This document shows positions 29,024 through 38,212 of a DNA stretch of 64,000 bases, piece after piece. Both the position numbers and the translations under genes were made by a program. Position 1 is the first letter of the stretch. Each line of letters starts with the position of its first letter. A model generated the notes under the pieces. The model was given only the letters and a program-made list of their open reading frames with translations, was not told where the DNA came from and made no database searches. The stretch spans positions 50,719-114,718 of the forward strand of contig NZ_QIBY01000007.1 of assembly GCF_003725335.1 (NCBI RefSeq), read 5' to 3'. The stretch is from Parvibacter caecicola. GTDB taxonomy: Bacteria; Actinomycetota; Coriobacteriia; Coriobacteriales; Eggerthellaceae.

Positions 29024-31002
29024 ACACCAGGACACCGGATCTTACCGAAGAGAACATCAAGAAGCTCATCGAACTCTTCCCGCAAGTCGCCACAGAGGTT
29101 GAAGGAGATGAGGGGCAGATCGAGAGAGCGGTCGACTTCGACGCACTGCGTGATCTACTGGGGGACGTCGCCGAGGGTCAGCGCGAGCGCTACCAGTTCA
29201 CCTGGCCGGGCAAGCGTGAGGCGAAAGCAGAGGCACGCCGTCCGATTGACAAGACGATGATTCCCTGTCCTGAGAAAAGCGTCGATTGGGATACGACCGA
29301 GAACCTCTACATCGAGGGCGATAATCTCGATGCGTTAAAGCTTCTCAAAGAGACCTATGCAGGCAAGATCAAGTTCATATACATCGATCCACCTTACAAC
29401 ACGGGGAATGACTTTATCTATGATGACGATTTCACGATTTCAAAAGAGAATTATGAAGGCGGCGAAGTTTCTGTGGAAGGACGCCTTGTGGCGAACCCAG
29501 ACAGCAATGGCCGTTTTCACTCCGATTGGTGCTCAATGATATACCCGAGACTACTGATTTCTAGGGACCTTTTGACCTCAGACGGCCTTATCATTGTCAG
29601 CATTGACGACAATGAAATGCACAACTTGAGAAAGATGTGTTCAGAGATCTATGGTGACGACAATTTTATTGCCGAATTGGTATGGGAGAAAAAGAAAAAA
29701 GGGTCATTTCTTGCAAAATCAATTACAACTATCAAAGAATACCTGCTGGTATATGCGAAAAACCGATCTTCTTCGGTAAGCCTAATTAGCGACATTAATA
29801 CTGATACCGAAACCTATCCATGCGTAAATGCTCCAAATCCCAGGGAAATAAGGCGGATTCCAGCTGGAATCGAGAGCAAGTACAAGGAAAAGAACTTTTT
29901 CTTGTCCGAAGGATCCGAAATATCAGACACGACGATGAGTTTGGTTCTCCATTCAGATTTAGTAATCAACGATGGGGTCCTAGCTGAGGATTTGGTTATC
30001 GAAGGAAATTGGAGATACTCTCAAGAAATGATGACCCAGTTCGCGTTGAATAAGGAACTGTATTTGACCAGGGACCTGTATCTCCGCCGTATTGTAAACG
30101 ACGCTCGGTTAAAACCGCTGAAAGACATTCTCCCCAGAGTTGGCGAACAAGAAGCAGGAGCCCGAGGTGGCAGTATCGACCTAGATAAGTTGTCTAATTC
30201 AGGCTGGGGTTCTAACGAAGATGCAGACGAAGAGCTCCGACTACTCTTTGGCGTCCAGAGGCTTCTGGACTATCCAAAACCCGTTCGCTTGATTTTGAAG
30301 CTCCTCGCTTCAATTAGGGATCAAGATTGCACAGTCTTGGACTTCTTCTCCGGCTCAGCAACGACAGCAGAGGCCGTTATGCGTCTTAACTATTTAGATG
30401 GTGGCAATAGGAAGTTCATATTGGTGCAACTTCCCGAAGAAACAAAGACAGATTCTGTTGCAAACAAAGCAGGCTACACCACGATCGTGGAAATCGGCGA
30501 AGAGCGTATTCGTCGGGCAGGAGCGAAGATTGTTGAGGAGAGTGACGAAAAACACTCGCAGTTGGAGCTGGGCTCCGAACCTAAACCAGTCCCCGACATC
30601 GGTTTTCGTGTTCTCCGAATCGACTCGTCGAACTTCAAGGACACACATCTAACTCCAGGACAAGCCGACCAGGCATCCCTCCTTGACGCTATCGATAACG
30701 TGAAAAACGGTCGCACAGCTGAAGATATTCTGTTCCAGGTGCTACCTGCTTTCCGCATCCCGTATTCGGCGCATATCGAGAAACTCGACATCAATGGCAA
30801 AAAGGTCTTCGACGTCAATCATGGTCAGTTGCTCGCATGCTTCGATGCCGATGTGACCAACGACATCATTGAGGAGATTGCGCGGCGCAAACCTTCCTAT
30901 GCTGTGATGCGCGACCTGTCCTTTAAGGACGATTCGGCTGCAGCTAATTTCGAGGAGCTCTTCAAAACCTTCAGTCCCGACACCATCCGCCGGGTGATCT
31001 AG
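29005..31002 (+). CDS. mod: Site-specific DNA N6-adenine methyltransferase, Type III Mod-like
   Basis: FIYIDPPYNTGNDFIYDDDF (DPPY motif IV) and the AdoMet region are present. Overlaps the 3' end of the DUF4391 gene. Confidence 0.85.
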   Translation: MDMEKIDTRTPDLTEENIKKLIELFPQVATEVEGDEGQIERAVDFDALRDLLGDVAEGQRERYQFTWPGKREAKAEARRPIDKTMIPCPEKSVDWDTTENLYIEGDNLDALKLLKETYAGKIKFIYIDPPYNTGNDFIYDDDFTISKENYEGGEVSVEGRLVANPDSNGRFHSDWCSMIYPRLLISRDLLTSDGLIIVSIDDNEMHNLRKMCSEIYGDDNFIAELVWEKKKKGSFLAKSITTIKEYLLVYAKNRSSSVSLISDINTDTETYPCVNAPNPREIRRIPAGIESKYKEKNFFLSEGSEISDTTMSLVLHSDLVINDGVLAEDLVIEGNWRYSQEMMTQFALNKELYLTRDLYLRRIVNDARLKPLKDILPRVGEQEAGARGGSIDLDKLSNSGWGSNEDADEELRLLFGVQRLLDYPKPVRLILKLLASIRDQDCTVLDFFSGSATTAEAVMRLNYLDGGNRKFILVQLPEETKTDSVANKAGYTTIVEIGEERIRRAGAKIVEESDEKHSQLELGSEPKPVPDIGFRVLRIDSSNFKDTHLTPGQADQASLLDAIDNVKNGRTAEDILFQVLPAFRIPYSAHIEKLDINGKKVFDVNHGQLLACFDADVTNDIIEEIARRKPSYAVMRDLSFKDDSAAANFEELFKTFSPDTIRRVI

Positions 31003-34000
31003 ATGCAGTTCAAGTTCAAGATACAGCCATACCAAACGGCTGCAGCAGACGCGGTGACCGCTGTGTTCGAGGGTCAGCGAAGAGTTGAGCTGCTGTCGTA
31101 TATGCGCGACATCGGCAAAGTCAGACTTAAGGAATCGCTCCGGCAGAAGAGCGCCGGTCAATTTAGCCTTGGTGCGGAATTGTCGGAGTCCATGGGCTAC
31201 GGCAACGCGCCGCTCTCCATCAATGCGCAGGAGCTTCTGCGCAATATCAACCGTGTGCAATCACGAAACCAGCTGGAAGAGTCGTTGGAGCTGTCCTGCG
31301 ACATCGGAGCCTGCCAGCTGGATGTGGAGATGGAAACTGGTACCGGTAAGACCTATGTCTACACCAAGACCATGTTCGAGCTCAACCGCCTCTACGGATG
31401 GACGAAGTTCATCATCGTGGTACCTTCCATCGCCATCCGCGAGGGCGTAAACAAGAGCCTCCAGAGCACCGAGCAGCACTTCTTCGAGCAATACGAGCGC
31501 TCGATCCGCTACTTCATCTACGACTCCGACAGGTTGAACGAGTTGGATGCATACTCGCAGAGCGCTGACATCAACGTAATGATCATCAACATGCAGGCAT
31601 TCAACTCCTCCATGAAGGAGGGAGCCAACAATAAGGCGGCCCGCATCATCTTCGACGAGCGAGACGACTTCGGGAGCCGCCGCCCCATCGACGTCATAGC
31701 AGCCAACAACCCCATCGTCATCGTCGACGAGCCCCAGAAGATGGGCAAGAAGAACTCTGCCACCTGGAAGGGCATCGAGCGGTTCAATCCGCTGTTCGTG
31801 CTGAACTACTCGGCGACCCACCGTGAGAAGCACAACATGGTGTACGCGCTGGACGCCCTGGACGCATTTAACGAGAAGCTGGTCAAGCGCATTGAAGTGA
31901 AGGGCTTCGAGCTCAAGAACATGCGCGGCACCGACGGCTACCTCTATCTCAAGGACATCATCGTCTCCAAGAACAAGGCCCCTGTGGCCGTGGTCGAGTT
32001 CAAGGCAATGTCGGCCGGAGGCAAGGTGGTCAAGAAGACCATGCGCTTCAACGAAGGCGACAGCATCTACGACGCCACCGGGGACATCCGCCTTGAGGCC
32101 TACCGCGACTACGTGATCGCGTCGGGCAACGACGGCATCGTGCCCGATCAGGACGGTCGCATCGGCTACGTACGGTTCCTCAACGGCGAGGTGCTCCAAC
32201 GAGGCGTGGTTTACGGCGACTCGGCCGAGGACGACATGCGCCGCGTGCAGATCCGAGAGACCATCGCCTCCCACCTACAGAAGGAGGAGGCTCTCTTCTA
32301 CCGAGGCATCAAGTGCCTATCGCTCTTCTTCATAGACGAGGTGGCAAAGTACAGGGACATCTCCGGCAACGGGGAGACCGTGGGCTACGGCAAGGTTTTC
32401 GAGGAGGAGTACGAGCGCGCCGTCGAGGAGCGCCTCTCCAACCCGACCCTAGACGACGAGCGCGAGCGAGCCTACCTCGACTACCTGAGGCGCGATACGG
32501 CGCATGCCGTACACTCCGGCTACTTCAGCATCGACAAGAAGGGCAATGCGATCGAGAGCTCCGAGAAGAAGGCCGAGCAGACAGACGGTTTGGGCGCGAA
32601 TGACGAGAACGCCCAGCGCGCCTACGATCTGATCCTGAAGGACAAGGAGCGACTGCTCTCCTTTGAGGAGCCTGTGCGGTTCATCTTCAGTCACTCTGCC
32701 CTTCGCGAAGGATGGGACAACCCGAACATCTTCCAGATCTGCACGCTCAAGAGCTCCGGTTCCGAGACCGGCAAGCGCCAGGAGGTGGGACGAGGACTGC
32801 GCCTCTGCGTGGACCAGAAGGGCGAGCGTCAGGACGCAATGTATCTGGGCACCCGCGACGTGCACAATGTGAACGTGCTCACCGTAGTGGCTTCCGAGAG
32901 CTACTCGTCGTTCGTGGACGCCCTGCAGAAGGACATCAAGGCGGAGCTTCGCGACCGCCCGACCGTCGTAGAGATGGACTTCTTCGCAGGACGCCAGGTC
33001 ACACTTCCCAACACTGGCGAGACCGTGACGTTCAGTGAGCGCGAGTCCAAGGAGCTCTACAAGTGCCTCATCAAGGGCGACTTCCTCGACGACAACGACC
33101 GCCCGTCGTGTAAGTTCCGCGAGGGAGGCTTCTTCGAGTATGCCATCGTGAATCTGCCCGAGGACATGCGCGAGGAGCCGAAGCTCCAAGCCGCCGAGCT
33201 GCTCGTAAGGAGCGCCTACGATCCGAGCGCGCTCTCCGCCATGATCACCGACGGCAATGTACCCAAGATCACGAGAAACGCGCTCAACGACAACTACTAC
33301 AGGCGCGAGTTCCAGGAGCTCTGGAAGAGGATAAACAAGAAACACGCCTACACGGTGTCGTTCGACGACGAGGAACTAATCCGAAAGGCTGTGACTGCAA
33401 TCGATGCGAACCTTCAGGTGAGCGAGCTGTCCTACACGATCACTACGGGAACTCAAAAAGAAACTGCGAAGCGCGAGGACATAGAGGACAGGACTCACTT
33501 CAAGACCAAGAGCGCGGAAAGCAGGGCACTTGAGCTTGACGAACGCATTGACGTCACCTATGACCTAGTCGGTGAGGTGGCTCAAGCGGCCAAGGTCACG
33601 CGACGCACAGCAGCGACTATCCTCTCGCGCATTAGCCCCTTAAAGTACTCTCTCTACAAGCGGAACCCTGAGGAGTTCATCAAGAAGGCCAGCTCCATCA
33701 TCGTGGACGAGAAGGCGACAACGGTCATCGACCATGTCTCTTACCACCAAATCGACGAGGAGTTCGACACCAACATCTTCACCGAGCGCATGCCTGAAAA
33801 CATTTCCAAGGCACTCAAGGCCCAGAAGAACATCCAGGATTACGTGTTCTTCGACAGCCAGAAGGAAAAGGAGTTCGCTGAAGCGATGGATGTAGCCACC
33901 GAAGTCTGTGTCTATGCCAAGATGCCGCGTACATTCACGATACCGACACCTGTTGGCGAGTACGCACCCGACTGGGCGATTGCCTTCAACGAGGGTGCTG

Positions 34001-34185
34001 TCCGGCACATCTACTTCATTGCGGAGACCAAGGGCACCATGGATTCGATGGAATTGAGCACGGTGGAGCAGACGAAGATCGCGTGCGCTAAGAAGGTTTT
34101 CAACGAGCTATCGACCTCGCAAGTTCGATACCACGAAGTATCTACCTATGATGAGCTGCTCACAGTAATCCAAGGAGTGGAGTAG
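31003..34185 (+). CDS. res: Type III restriction Res-like subunit (DEAD/DEAH helicase plus C-terminal PD-(D/E)xK nuclease)
   Basis: Walker A METGTGKT, IVIVDEPQ, and C-terminal PDWAIAF...IYFIAETKG. Its ATG immediately follows the mod stop. Confidence 0.85.
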   Translation: MQFKFKIQPYQTAAADAVTAVFEGQRRVELLSYMRDIGKVRLKESLRQKSAGQFSLGAELSESMGYGNAPLSINAQELLRNINRVQSRNQLEESLELSCDIGACQLDVEMETGTGKTYVYTKTMFELNRLYGWTKFIIVVPSIAIREGVNKSLQSTEQHFFEQYERSIRYFIYDSDRLNELDAYSQSADINVMIINMQAFNSSMKEGANNKAARIIFDERDDFGSRRPIDVIAANNPIVIVDEPQKMGKKNSATWKGIERFNPLFVLNYSATHREKHNMVYALDALDAFNEKLVKRIEVKGFELKNMRGTDGYLYLKDIIVSKNKAPVAVVEFKAMSAGGKVVKKTMRFNEGDSIYDATGDIRLEAYRDYVIASGNDGIVPDQDGRIGYVRFLNGEVLQRGVVYGDSAEDDMRRVQIRETIASHLQKEEALFYRGIKCLSLFFIDEVAKYRDISGNGETVGYGKVFEEEYERAVEERLSNPTLDDERERAYLDYLRRDTAHAVHSGYFSIDKKGNAIESSEKKAEQTDGLGANDENAQRAYDLILKDKERLLSFEEPVRFIFSHSALREGWDNPNIFQICTLKSSGSETGKRQEVGRGLRLCVDQKGERQDAMYLGTRDVHNVNVLTVVASESYSSFVDALQKDIKAELRDRPTVVEMDFFAGRQVTLPNTGETVTFSERESKELYKCLIKGDFLDDNDRPSCKFREGGFFEYAIVNLPEDMREEPKLQAAELLVRSAYDPSALSAMITDGNVPKITRNALNDNYYRREFQELWKRINKKHAYTVSFDDEELIRKAVTAIDANLQVSELSYTITTGTQKETAKREDIEDRTHFKTKSAESRALELDERIDVTYDLVGEVAQAAKVTRRTAATILSRISPLKYSLYKRNPEEFIKKASSIIVDEKATTVIDHVSYHQIDEEFDTNIFTERMPENISKALKAQKNIQDYVFFDSQKEKEFAEAMDVATEVCVYAKMPRTFTIPTPVGEYAPDWAIAFNEGAVRHIYFIAETKGTMDSMELSTVEQTKIACAKKVFNELSTSQVRYHEVSTYDELLTVIQGVE

Positions 34186-34186
34186 C

Positions 34187-35419
34187 GTGGAGTGCTTCAA
34201 CGGAAACAGCTCGTACAGTATCTTCGAGAACCTAAAAGCACGCCTTAAGGAAGATATATCTGAGTTAAAAGCTGAAGAGTTGGATAGCACTGACAGGGAT
34301 GCCTGGGTGGACTATTGGGAAAACGAATACTATTGCCCTCCTGTTGAGCTTTATCCCGACAACGCTGAGCTTGGCCTGACCCAACAATCGGTTCAGCAAT
34401 ACAATAGCTGGCATCATGCTGCATGGGACGAGCCCGAATACTTTGAAGTTGAAGGCGCTAGGGCAACCTGCAAGGTCCCATATTCCGGGACCCCGTGGTT
34501 CTTTAAGATGCAGCCGTCAACCTTCACGCTTTCAGGCCATTATGCCGAGAAGGTCACCGATCCAGGATCAGATGGTTTTGGTTACATTACCTTTGCCCTA
34601 GAAACCCCACTCGGTAGCGCCACGCCCGAGGGAATACGAAAGTTCTTTTCGGATCAAATAGAAGACTTCTCCGAGCAAATTGAGTGCTGCAACAAGGACG
34701 CGGAAAGCTACAACAATTCTCTTAGGCAAATCATCGAAGCAGCTTTAGACAAAAGGATTGAGCAACTTGATAAGTTCGCTTCCCTTCGACGAGGACTGAA
34801 TCTTCCCTTAAATCGCGTAAAAGATGCTCCTTTGGCCATGCCTCTTCACTTACAAAAGAAGACCCTGAAAGTTTCAAGGCCTGAAAAGATCCCAAGCGCC
34901 GAGCAATCCTACTCTATTGATGACGCAACATACAAACACATAACAGATGTAATAGAAAGCTCCGGAGCCATGATGGAGAGAGCTCCCGAGGCTTACAACG
35001 GCATGGAAGAAGAGCATCTAAGGGATGTGCTATTGAGCGCCCTGAATACTCATTACCAAGACCAAGTGAACGGCGAGGCTTTTCGCAGACATGGAAAGAC
35101 GGACATTCAGATTCCCGTCAACAATCATGCTGCGTACATCGCGGAATGCAAGCTGTGGAAGGGGCCAAAGGCTTTCAAGGACGCGCTCGCACAACTGTTC
35201 TCATATACGACGTGGCGCGACACCAAGGTATCCGTAATCGTATTCAATAAGAAGAACAAAAACTACGAGAAAGTGCTCGACGCAATTGACGAAGTTTTGG
35301 AGGGAGAATCGATTACTTGCGATCGACACAAGCACTCTCAGTGGCTTTGCAAAATACAGAACGAAGAAGATGAAAGGATTATGCACGTAACGGTCCAGGT
35401 TTTCGATTTGTCCTTATAG
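34187..35419 (+). CDS. Hypothetical protein with C-terminal PD-(D/E)xK-like motif
   Basis: GTG start 1 nt after the res stop. TDIQIP...IAECKLWKG fits D...ExK. No other recognised domain. Confidence 0.5.
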   Translation: MECFNGNSSYSIFENLKARLKEDISELKAEELDSTDRDAWVDYWENEYYCPPVELYPDNAELGLTQQSVQQYNSWHHAAWDEPEYFEVEGARATCKVPYSGTPWFFKMQPSTFTLSGHYAEKVTDPGSDGFGYITFALETPLGSATPEGIRKFFSDQIEDFSEQIECCNKDAESYNNSLRQIIEAALDKRIEQLDKFASLRRGLNLPLNRVKDAPLAMPLHLQKKTLKVSRPEKIPSAEQSYSIDDATYKHITDVIESSGAMMERAPEAYNGMEEEHLRDVLLSALNTHYQDQVNGEAFRRHGKTDIQIPVNNHAAYIAECKLWKGPKAFKDALAQLFSYTTWRDTKVSVIVFNKKNKNYEKVLDAIDEVLEGESITCDRHKHSQWLCKIQNEEDERIMHVTVQVFDLSL

Positions 35420-35572
35420 GCAGCGACCGAACAGTGGCATTAGCGGAGGCGCAACGCTACGTCGATGAACGCGCAGATCAAGCGCTTGTTGGATCTATCA
35501 CGAGCGCGAACTTGAGGATGCTGTCCAGACTCTTGCACGCAACGCTATCTCAACTCGAATCGACGCCCGCAA

Positions 35573-37120
35573 CTAAACTGAGGCCAGCATGTCTTTTCGG
35601 ATAAAACTTATGCCCGCCCGCTTCATTGATCTCCATTGGCCCGATAGGCTTCCTTGTTTCAAAGCTTCATAGCAGAATAGCCAGTAACGATCCATGTCTG
35701 TATTTTTCAGCCTCAGAGCGACTTTATTAAGTGGCTTCACCTGCGTTGCATCTCTTTTCCAGTGATTTTGTTTCATGAAATAAATCCATGTCATGGTCAG
35801 AAGCAGACAATCTTTGCTTTTAATTACGTACTTCTGCGCCTCACAATAATCGCTTTCGAATCCATCGAGTACAAAGCCGAACCTAACGGCAAAATAAATC
35901 GCATAGCACAAGCTTTCGTAGTCGTTTAGCCTGATTGCTTCTTGATATATCGTATCCGAAAATTTTTTGATGTCGCCTATGTCTACTCCATATGGGATAA
36001 AAATATATTCTTCCATTAATTGCAGAAGATATGGGTAGAGGACCGCCATATGCATGAATCGCTTTGCTGCCAGCCTTTTCCCATTATTGGAAAGATCTAA
36101 TCCTTTCAACTTCTTAATGGCGTAATTAATTATTGCGAAGTCATCCAATTCCATTGCCAGCTTTAACGCTGTATCAATGAACGTGTTGACTTGCGGGTAT
36201 TCAACCATACCTGACTCACCCACTTTGGGCAAATCGCTCAATTGGTGCTTCCAGTCTTTCTCTGCGCCAATAGGAAGCTCGATGATCCGTGTCTTCTTGT
36301 GATTCAGAAGCAAATCGAATTCGCGAAGCGCCTCTTCGAGGTTTTTGAGGAACCGCTGCCCTTCATCAAAACTAGATACGTAACAACTATAATCATCTAC
36401 ATTCCTAACATAGCGATAACCATTATCGTAGAGCTCCTTGTCTATGGTCGTCAAAATTATCTCTGAAATTAGGTTTGACGCATGGGGCCCAATGAGAAGC
36501 CCATGTGTTTCACCATTACGCATATCTGAACATGCCTTATCAATCCTGTTGTACCAAATATCATCGTGAATTGTTCTTTTCGCTACTTCTTTTCCGACCA
36601 AGGCCCATGGTATCGAATGTGTATAAATACTGGGGAAACACGTGGAGATATCAGCTTTAACAAGGAAACGGCTCACCCCGTTATCGTGCATCAACAAATC
36701 TGATTCCGGATCTCCATCTACTCGCCAGTTCTTGTAAGTCATCTCGAAAATCCGTTTTTCATTGCGCTTTTTACGGATATGGATTCGACTAACACAATAA
36801 CTTTGTCCATCTGTCTGTGCGCGAAAATGAGCGCGTATCTCATCCCAGTCATTTGCAAGTTCACGACATACTCTTTGGTACTTGAAAGGATTAGGGATGC
36901 CCATAAGGCGCGGCACACCGATATTACGCATTGCCCGAAAAGTTATATATTCATTCCAGGTTGCTTCAAATGAATTAGATGCCGTTTTGCAGTAATCGAA
37001 GAAAGGAACAGCAGTAAACACCGGAGGAAGCTTTTCAGGAAAAAACCCATACGCAAGAAAACCCTCATACAGTTCGTCAGAGGATATTTCATCCAAAAAA
37101 TCTATATAACACCTATCCAC
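35573..37120 (-). CDS. Reverse transcriptase, defence/Abi-type, with about 200-aa C-terminal extension
   Basis: RT motifs 2 (KADISTCFPSIYTHSIPWAL), 4 (GLLIGPHASNLISEIIL), 5 (YVRNVDDYSCYV) and 6 (LLLNHKKTRII). AT-rich gene. Confidence 0.8.
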   Translation of the reverse strand: MDRCYIDFLDEISSDELYEGFLAYGFFPEKLPPVFTAVPFFDYCKTASNSFEATWNEYITFRAMRNIGVPRLMGIPNPFKYQRVCRELANDWDEIRAHFRAQTDGQSYCVSRIHIRKKRNEKRIFEMTYKNWRVDGDPESDLLMHDNGVSRFLVKADISTCFPSIYTHSIPWALVGKEVAKRTIHDDIWYNRIDKACSDMRNGETHGLLIGPHASNLISEIILTTIDKELYDNGYRYVRNVDDYSCYVSSFDEGQRFLKNLEEALREFDLLLNHKKTRIIELPIGAEKDWKHQLSDLPKVGESGMVEYPQVNTFIDTALKLAMELDDFAIINYAIKKLKGLDLSNNGKRLAAKRFMHMAVLYPYLLQLMEEYIFIPYGVDIGDIKKFSDTIYQEAIRLNDYESLCYAIYFAVRFGFVLDGFESDYCEAQKYVIKSKDCLLLTMTWIYFMKQNHWKRDATQVKPLNKVALRLKNTDMDRYWLFCYEALKQGSLSGQWRSMKRAGISFIRKDMLASV

Positions 37121-37150
37121 TGATAAGCTAACTCCTTATTTACGGTAAAT

Positions 37151-37171
37151 CTACTCCCACTCAACCGCATC
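37151..37171 (-). other. Remnant copy of the guaA 3' end (encodes ...AVEWE-stop); candidate att core of an integrative element
   Basis: The reverse complement of CTACTCCCACTCAACCGCATC reads DAVEWE*. It is homologous to the guaA terminus at 56604 and to the copy at 44801. Confidence 0.5.
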
Positions 37172-37254
37172 AAGCAGCCCTTTTTGTATTATGGGCACTA
37201 TCATTTCCATCTCGTGCTTCATCGTCCAACTCTTGTGCTCTGGTTTCAGTATCG

Positions 37255-37512
37255 TTTTGAACTCACTTCAAAGAAGTCGAGAAGGACTTAAATCCTGGAA
37301 TAAAACCAAGGAGCAGATCCTGGTTCTCTGAACTGGGATTTTATTATATCCGGGAATGTTTTGAGTTCAGGATTCCGGGTACATCGTCTCGAACCCTCGA
37401 AAATTTACGCGACAGGAATAGTTCAGGAATAAACACAACCCTTGGGAGTAAATCGCTGACCAGCAGAAATGTGAAACCCTGAGTTCAAAGTGAGTTCAAA
37501 TTGAGTTCAGGG
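37255..37512. repeat. Cluster of TGAGTTCAAA-type direct and inverted repeats (three tandem copies at 37480-37512, others at 37361 and 37258); candidate integrase arm-type sites
   Basis: Repeats seen directly in the sequence, adjacent to the 37151 att-like copy. Confidence 0.45.
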
Positions 37513-37573
37513 AACGTGAGGGCAATTACGGGCAAGCCAGCCGCTACTAGTCCTGTTGGCCTGAATGAGATAA

Positions 37574-38142
37574 TTGAAGCCTGATGTCCCGAGTGGCTTC
37601 TCGCATCAGAAGCAAACGTCGGAGACGCCGAATACAGCTCCCGGAGGATCAAAAGGCATGAACCATAGCAACGACCGCTACATCACGAACACATTGAGGC
37701 GTCGGGGGCGCGTTTGCAATGTTCTCCTCGGGTTGGCTTTGGTGATTCTGCTATCGTCCATTTTCACGTCCCCGCCGAGGTGCCGCTGCAGTGGGGAGCT
37801 GACGGTGATGTTGATGCTTATGGGTCTCCATGGCTGACGCTCATCGTGTGGGCCGTCCTTGCCGCCGTCGTCGCTTTGCGCAGGCTCGTCGTTGCAAATG
37901 TTGACGTGCGGTACTGGAACAAGCCGCCTAAAATACAACCATCTGAATTGGACGATTGGTATGCCCACAGCATGAGTGTCACGTACAACGTGTGCTTGAT
38001 GATTTCCGTTGTGGCTCTGGGAGTGGCATTGATCTATATGCTTCGCATCTATTGGCTAATGTTTCCCTTCATCGTCATAGCCGCTCTAGCTGTGATCGCG
38101 TACAGCGTATATGCAAACTCTAATCGGAGCAAAGACTCCTAG
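37574..38142 (+). pseudogene. DUF1648/SdpI-like membrane protein gene with a frameshift near 37740-37770
   Basis: The N-terminal TM helix (NVLLGLALVILLSS) is in frame 2. The DUF1648 core (IVHFHVPAEVPLQWGADGDVDAYGSPW) plus the C-terminal TMs are in frame 1 (ORF 37714..38142). Confidence 0.5.
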
Positions 38143-38151
38143 CCATCAGCA

Positions 38152-38183
38152 AGACCTACGTGGACAAATTGTCCACGTAGGTA
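38152..38183. repeat. Perfect 14-bp inverted repeat ACCTACGTGGACAA / TTGTCCACGTAGGT (hairpin or operator)
   Basis: Seen directly, between the DUF1648 pseudogene and the toxin-antitoxin promoter. Confidence 0.5.
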
Positions 38184-38212
38184 TGACCTGGTGTTTCTTC
38201 TGCAAAACTAAA

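Noticed and set aside
25158-34185. DISARM or BREX assignment for the SNF2/MTase/helicase cluster
   Set aside because: There are no DUF1998 (DrmA/DrmB) or PLD (DrmC) genes, and no BrxC/PglZ/BrxL genes. The methyltransferase is a compact Type III Mod type rather than PglX.
37255-37512. Retron msr-msd assignment for the repeat cluster upstream of the RT
   Set aside because: A guaA-end att-like copy (37151-37171) lies between the RT start and the repeats. A closely related triple repeat occurs at the other integrase-bearing junction (56300-56365). Integrase arm sites are therefore the more economical reading. The ncRNA idea is kept only as an alternative inside finding 5.
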